From a bacterium (GTDB lineage Bacteria > Moduliflexota > Moduliflexia > Moduliflexales > JAUQPW01), in the NCBI GenBank assembly GCA_030550175.1, contig JAUQPW010000009.1:5459-69458 (forward strand): a stretch of 64,000 nucleotides of DNA, in the 5' to 3' direction. Both the position numbers and the translations under genes were made by a program. The first letter of the stretch is position 1, and each line of letters opens with the position of its first letter. Below, one piece after another: positions 62,166-64,000 of this stretch. The notes under the pieces are model-generated. The model made no database searches. It saw only the letters and a list, made by a program, of their open reading frames with translations, and had not been told where the DNA came from.

Positions 62166-62359
62166 CAACAAATTATCTTTACTGGAGATCCGGGTTAAAA
62201 AAGTTCTCAGATTCTATCGGTCCTAATTCAGACAAACCGGTTGAATAAATAAACCTTAGAGGAAAAGTCATCCGATAAGAGAGGAAGTGCAGCGGAACAG
62301 GCATCCGCTGCAGCTTGGGATCAGGTGGGTTTCATCTTTCCATGAAAATTTAAGTGGGG

Positions 62360-62812
62360 TTATTGCTGGGTATTGCTTGTTGATCCTGTATCGCCGGTTT
62401 CTGGAGTCGTTCCGGTATCGGTACCTGTATGGGAGTCACTATGATGTCTGGGATTACCGGCTGTACCCGTCCCTGTGGCCGTCCCTTTACCTGCTGCAGT
62501 ACCCTTACCAGAAGTAGTCCCCTTACCTATAGCAACGCCTTGACCGGAAACACTTCCTTTTCCCTTCTTAGCATGAATCGTAGTTTTCTTCTTACCTTTT
62601 CGAGTCCGTTTCTTACTTTTAGAAATTACGACTCCGGTTCCCGTGGCCCCTCCGGTCCCCTTGGTTATCCCTGTACCTTCGGTGGTACCTGTACCCTTTG
62701 CACCACCGGTTCCGGTTACCGTATTTCCGGTTTCCGTATTCTGAGCTATACCAGGAACAGAAGACACAGCCAATAGGGCTGCCATGGATATTGCAACCAC
62801 AGTTTTCTTCAT
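62360..62812 (-). CDS. Secreted Gly-rich xGxGxx hexapeptide-repeat protein (paralog 2)
   Basis: SD AAGGAGG, signal peptide ending GIA, same 5 + Lys/Arg-rich insert + 6 repeat layout, His/Thr-rich tail. Confidence 0.75.
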   Translation of the reverse strand: MKKTVVAISMAALLAVSSVPGIAQNTETGNTVTGTGGAKGTGTTEGTGITKGTGGATGTGVVISKSKKRTRKGKKKTTIHAKKGKGSVSGQGVAIGKGTTSGKGTAAGKGTATGTGTAGNPRHHSDSHTGTDTGTTPETGDTGSTSNTQQ

Positions 62813-62905
62813 AACTTACCTCCTTTGGGGACTCAAGAAAAAAAGCTAAAGGTTTTTAATCTAGTCCCTATTTTAATTTGCCTGAAACAGAATAACTCCG
62901 CTTAA

Positions 62906-62932
62906 AAGACGTAACTTTTTGAGAAAAGTTTC
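62906..62932 (-). promoter_or_regulatory. ECF sigma-type promoter upstream of paralog 2
   Basis: Minus strand GAAAC-N16-CGTCTT; same spacing and TTA-CGTCTT as at 62139-62165. Confidence 0.55.
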
Positions 62933-63297
62933 TATACCTGTTGGTATTTATCACTCCAAAGAATCCAACAGATATCTAAAACCATCTCCGGGATACCCTA
63001 CAAAGGTTTGCATCTTTTCGGCTTCCCTTACTCCGTTTCGGTAACTTAAAATTTATCTATCCAGTATACGAATCATTCTAAGTAGAAAACATAACATTTT
63101 TGTCCGTACCTTGTTTTCAGGCCCCTTCTGGGAACATACCCCCGTGAGGCTCTCTGCTCCGAATTCCCTTTACGACGAATCAAAGCTTCTGAATCTACCT
63201 TCCAACATAGAACCCGGAAACGAGAAAAACTGATCACGGATCGAAATGTCAGGTTTAGTGTGTATTTTTAATTCTTTTAGTCCTAGGTTTATTTAAT

Positions 63298-63326
63298 TTG
63301 ACAATATGGGATGAATAGCTTAAACT
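63298..63326 (+). promoter_or_regulatory. sigma70-type promoter
   Basis: TTGACA-N17-TAAACT upstream of ATG 63407. Confidence 0.6.
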
Positions 63327-63406
63327 CGTAGACTAAAATATCATAAAAATTACAACTACCGAGAATCTGGTATCATTTAGAAACTGAATCAAGGAGAAAG
63401 ATAATT

Positions 63407-64000
63407 ATGGATATAGAAACTTTTGTAAAAGAACTGGAAGCGTCGAACAATGAACTCTTAGATCAGCTAAGGGCTATGGATGCCCGTAAAGCTTTTGGAG
63501 AAGGAAATCTGGATGTTAGAAACCTTTTAAAAATTGCCCTTAAAAACGAGATCGAAGCTGCAGAAATTGCAGCCCGGTGGATAGAAACCACCCCCCAGGT
63601 GGAAGTAAAACTGGCCTTTGCTCGTCAGGTAGGTGATGAAGCGAAGCATTACCGGTTAATCGAACAGCGACTCAAGGAATTGGGGGTAGATCTTACCGGA
63701 TTTGATCCTCTAGCCCAGGGATATAGCCCATTGTTTCAATATCTGACAACCCTTACTGATACCGTTGAGCGCGTGGCCGCAGGACAATTTACCCGAGAAT
63801 CGATTGCCCTCATTAAGAACCAACAATTCATTGATTTTTGTGAATCCGTGGGAGATCAAGCGACTGCCAGTCTTTACCGGGATGTCATCCAACAGGATGA
63901 GCGGTTTCACCACGAGCTGGGTCGACGTCTTTTACTAAAATACGCTTTAACTCCTGAACAGCAGGAACGAGCCCGACGTGCGGCTGCACGTACTTTGGAA
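63407..64000 (+). CDS. Ferritin-like di-iron domain protein (3' truncated by window edge; absent from ORF track)
   Basis: SD AAGGAG; translation MDIETFVKEL...KNEIEAAE...GDEAKHY...TRESIA...QDERFHHE shows two ExxH motifs. Confidence 0.8.
   Translation, partial: MDIETFVKELEASNNELLDQLRAMDARKAFGEGNLDVRNLLKIALKNEIEAAEIAARWIETTPQVEVKLAFARQVGDEAKHYRLIEQRLKELGVDLTGFDPLAQGYSPLFQYLTTLTDTVERVAAGQFTRESIALIKNQQFIDFCESVGDQATASLYRDVIQQDERFHHELGRRLLLKYALTPEQQERARRAAARTLE

Overview
64 kb of bacterial chromosome (roughly 45% GC by eye). It is probably a diderm, selenocysteine-using organism, given an OmpA-like domain, lipoproteins, CcsA/HemX next to hemA, an HspR-type operator and two in-frame UGA codons with SECIS-like hairpins. 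The lineage cannot be assigned from sequence alone. Most of the window is housekeeping or metabolic: an MrfA-like helicase-exonuclease fusion, a surface-glycan cluster (GT-C, DPPR synthase-like, three GT4), radC, a CHASE2 cyclase, a divergent SucCD-like ligase, LD-carboxypeptidase, M16 peptidase, proline dehydrogenase, P450, hemA/hemL, clpB, thiolase/hbd and pepA. No rRNA, tRNA, CRISPR array, transposase or phage gene was recognised. Highlights: (1) two selenoprotein genes that the ORF track breaks at UGA, namely a membrane-anchored PCYCGC...UxxC protein heading the ccsA-hemA-hemL operon and a UGSC protein with its partner gene; (2) an orphan three-gene envelope module (substrate-binding/OmpA fusion, TM coiled-coil protein, vWA lipoprotein); (3) two paralogous secreted xGxGxx hexapeptide-repeat proteins sharing an ECF-type promoter; (4) nested, TIR-bounded MITE/REP elements in the intergenic regions; (5) a probable AUU start codon in the LD-carboxypeptidase gene; (6) an FlK-thioesterase/ThDP-enzyme fusion; (7) a REC-PAS-EAL gene broken by an internal deletion. 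All product calls come from motif recognition by eye; no searches were run.
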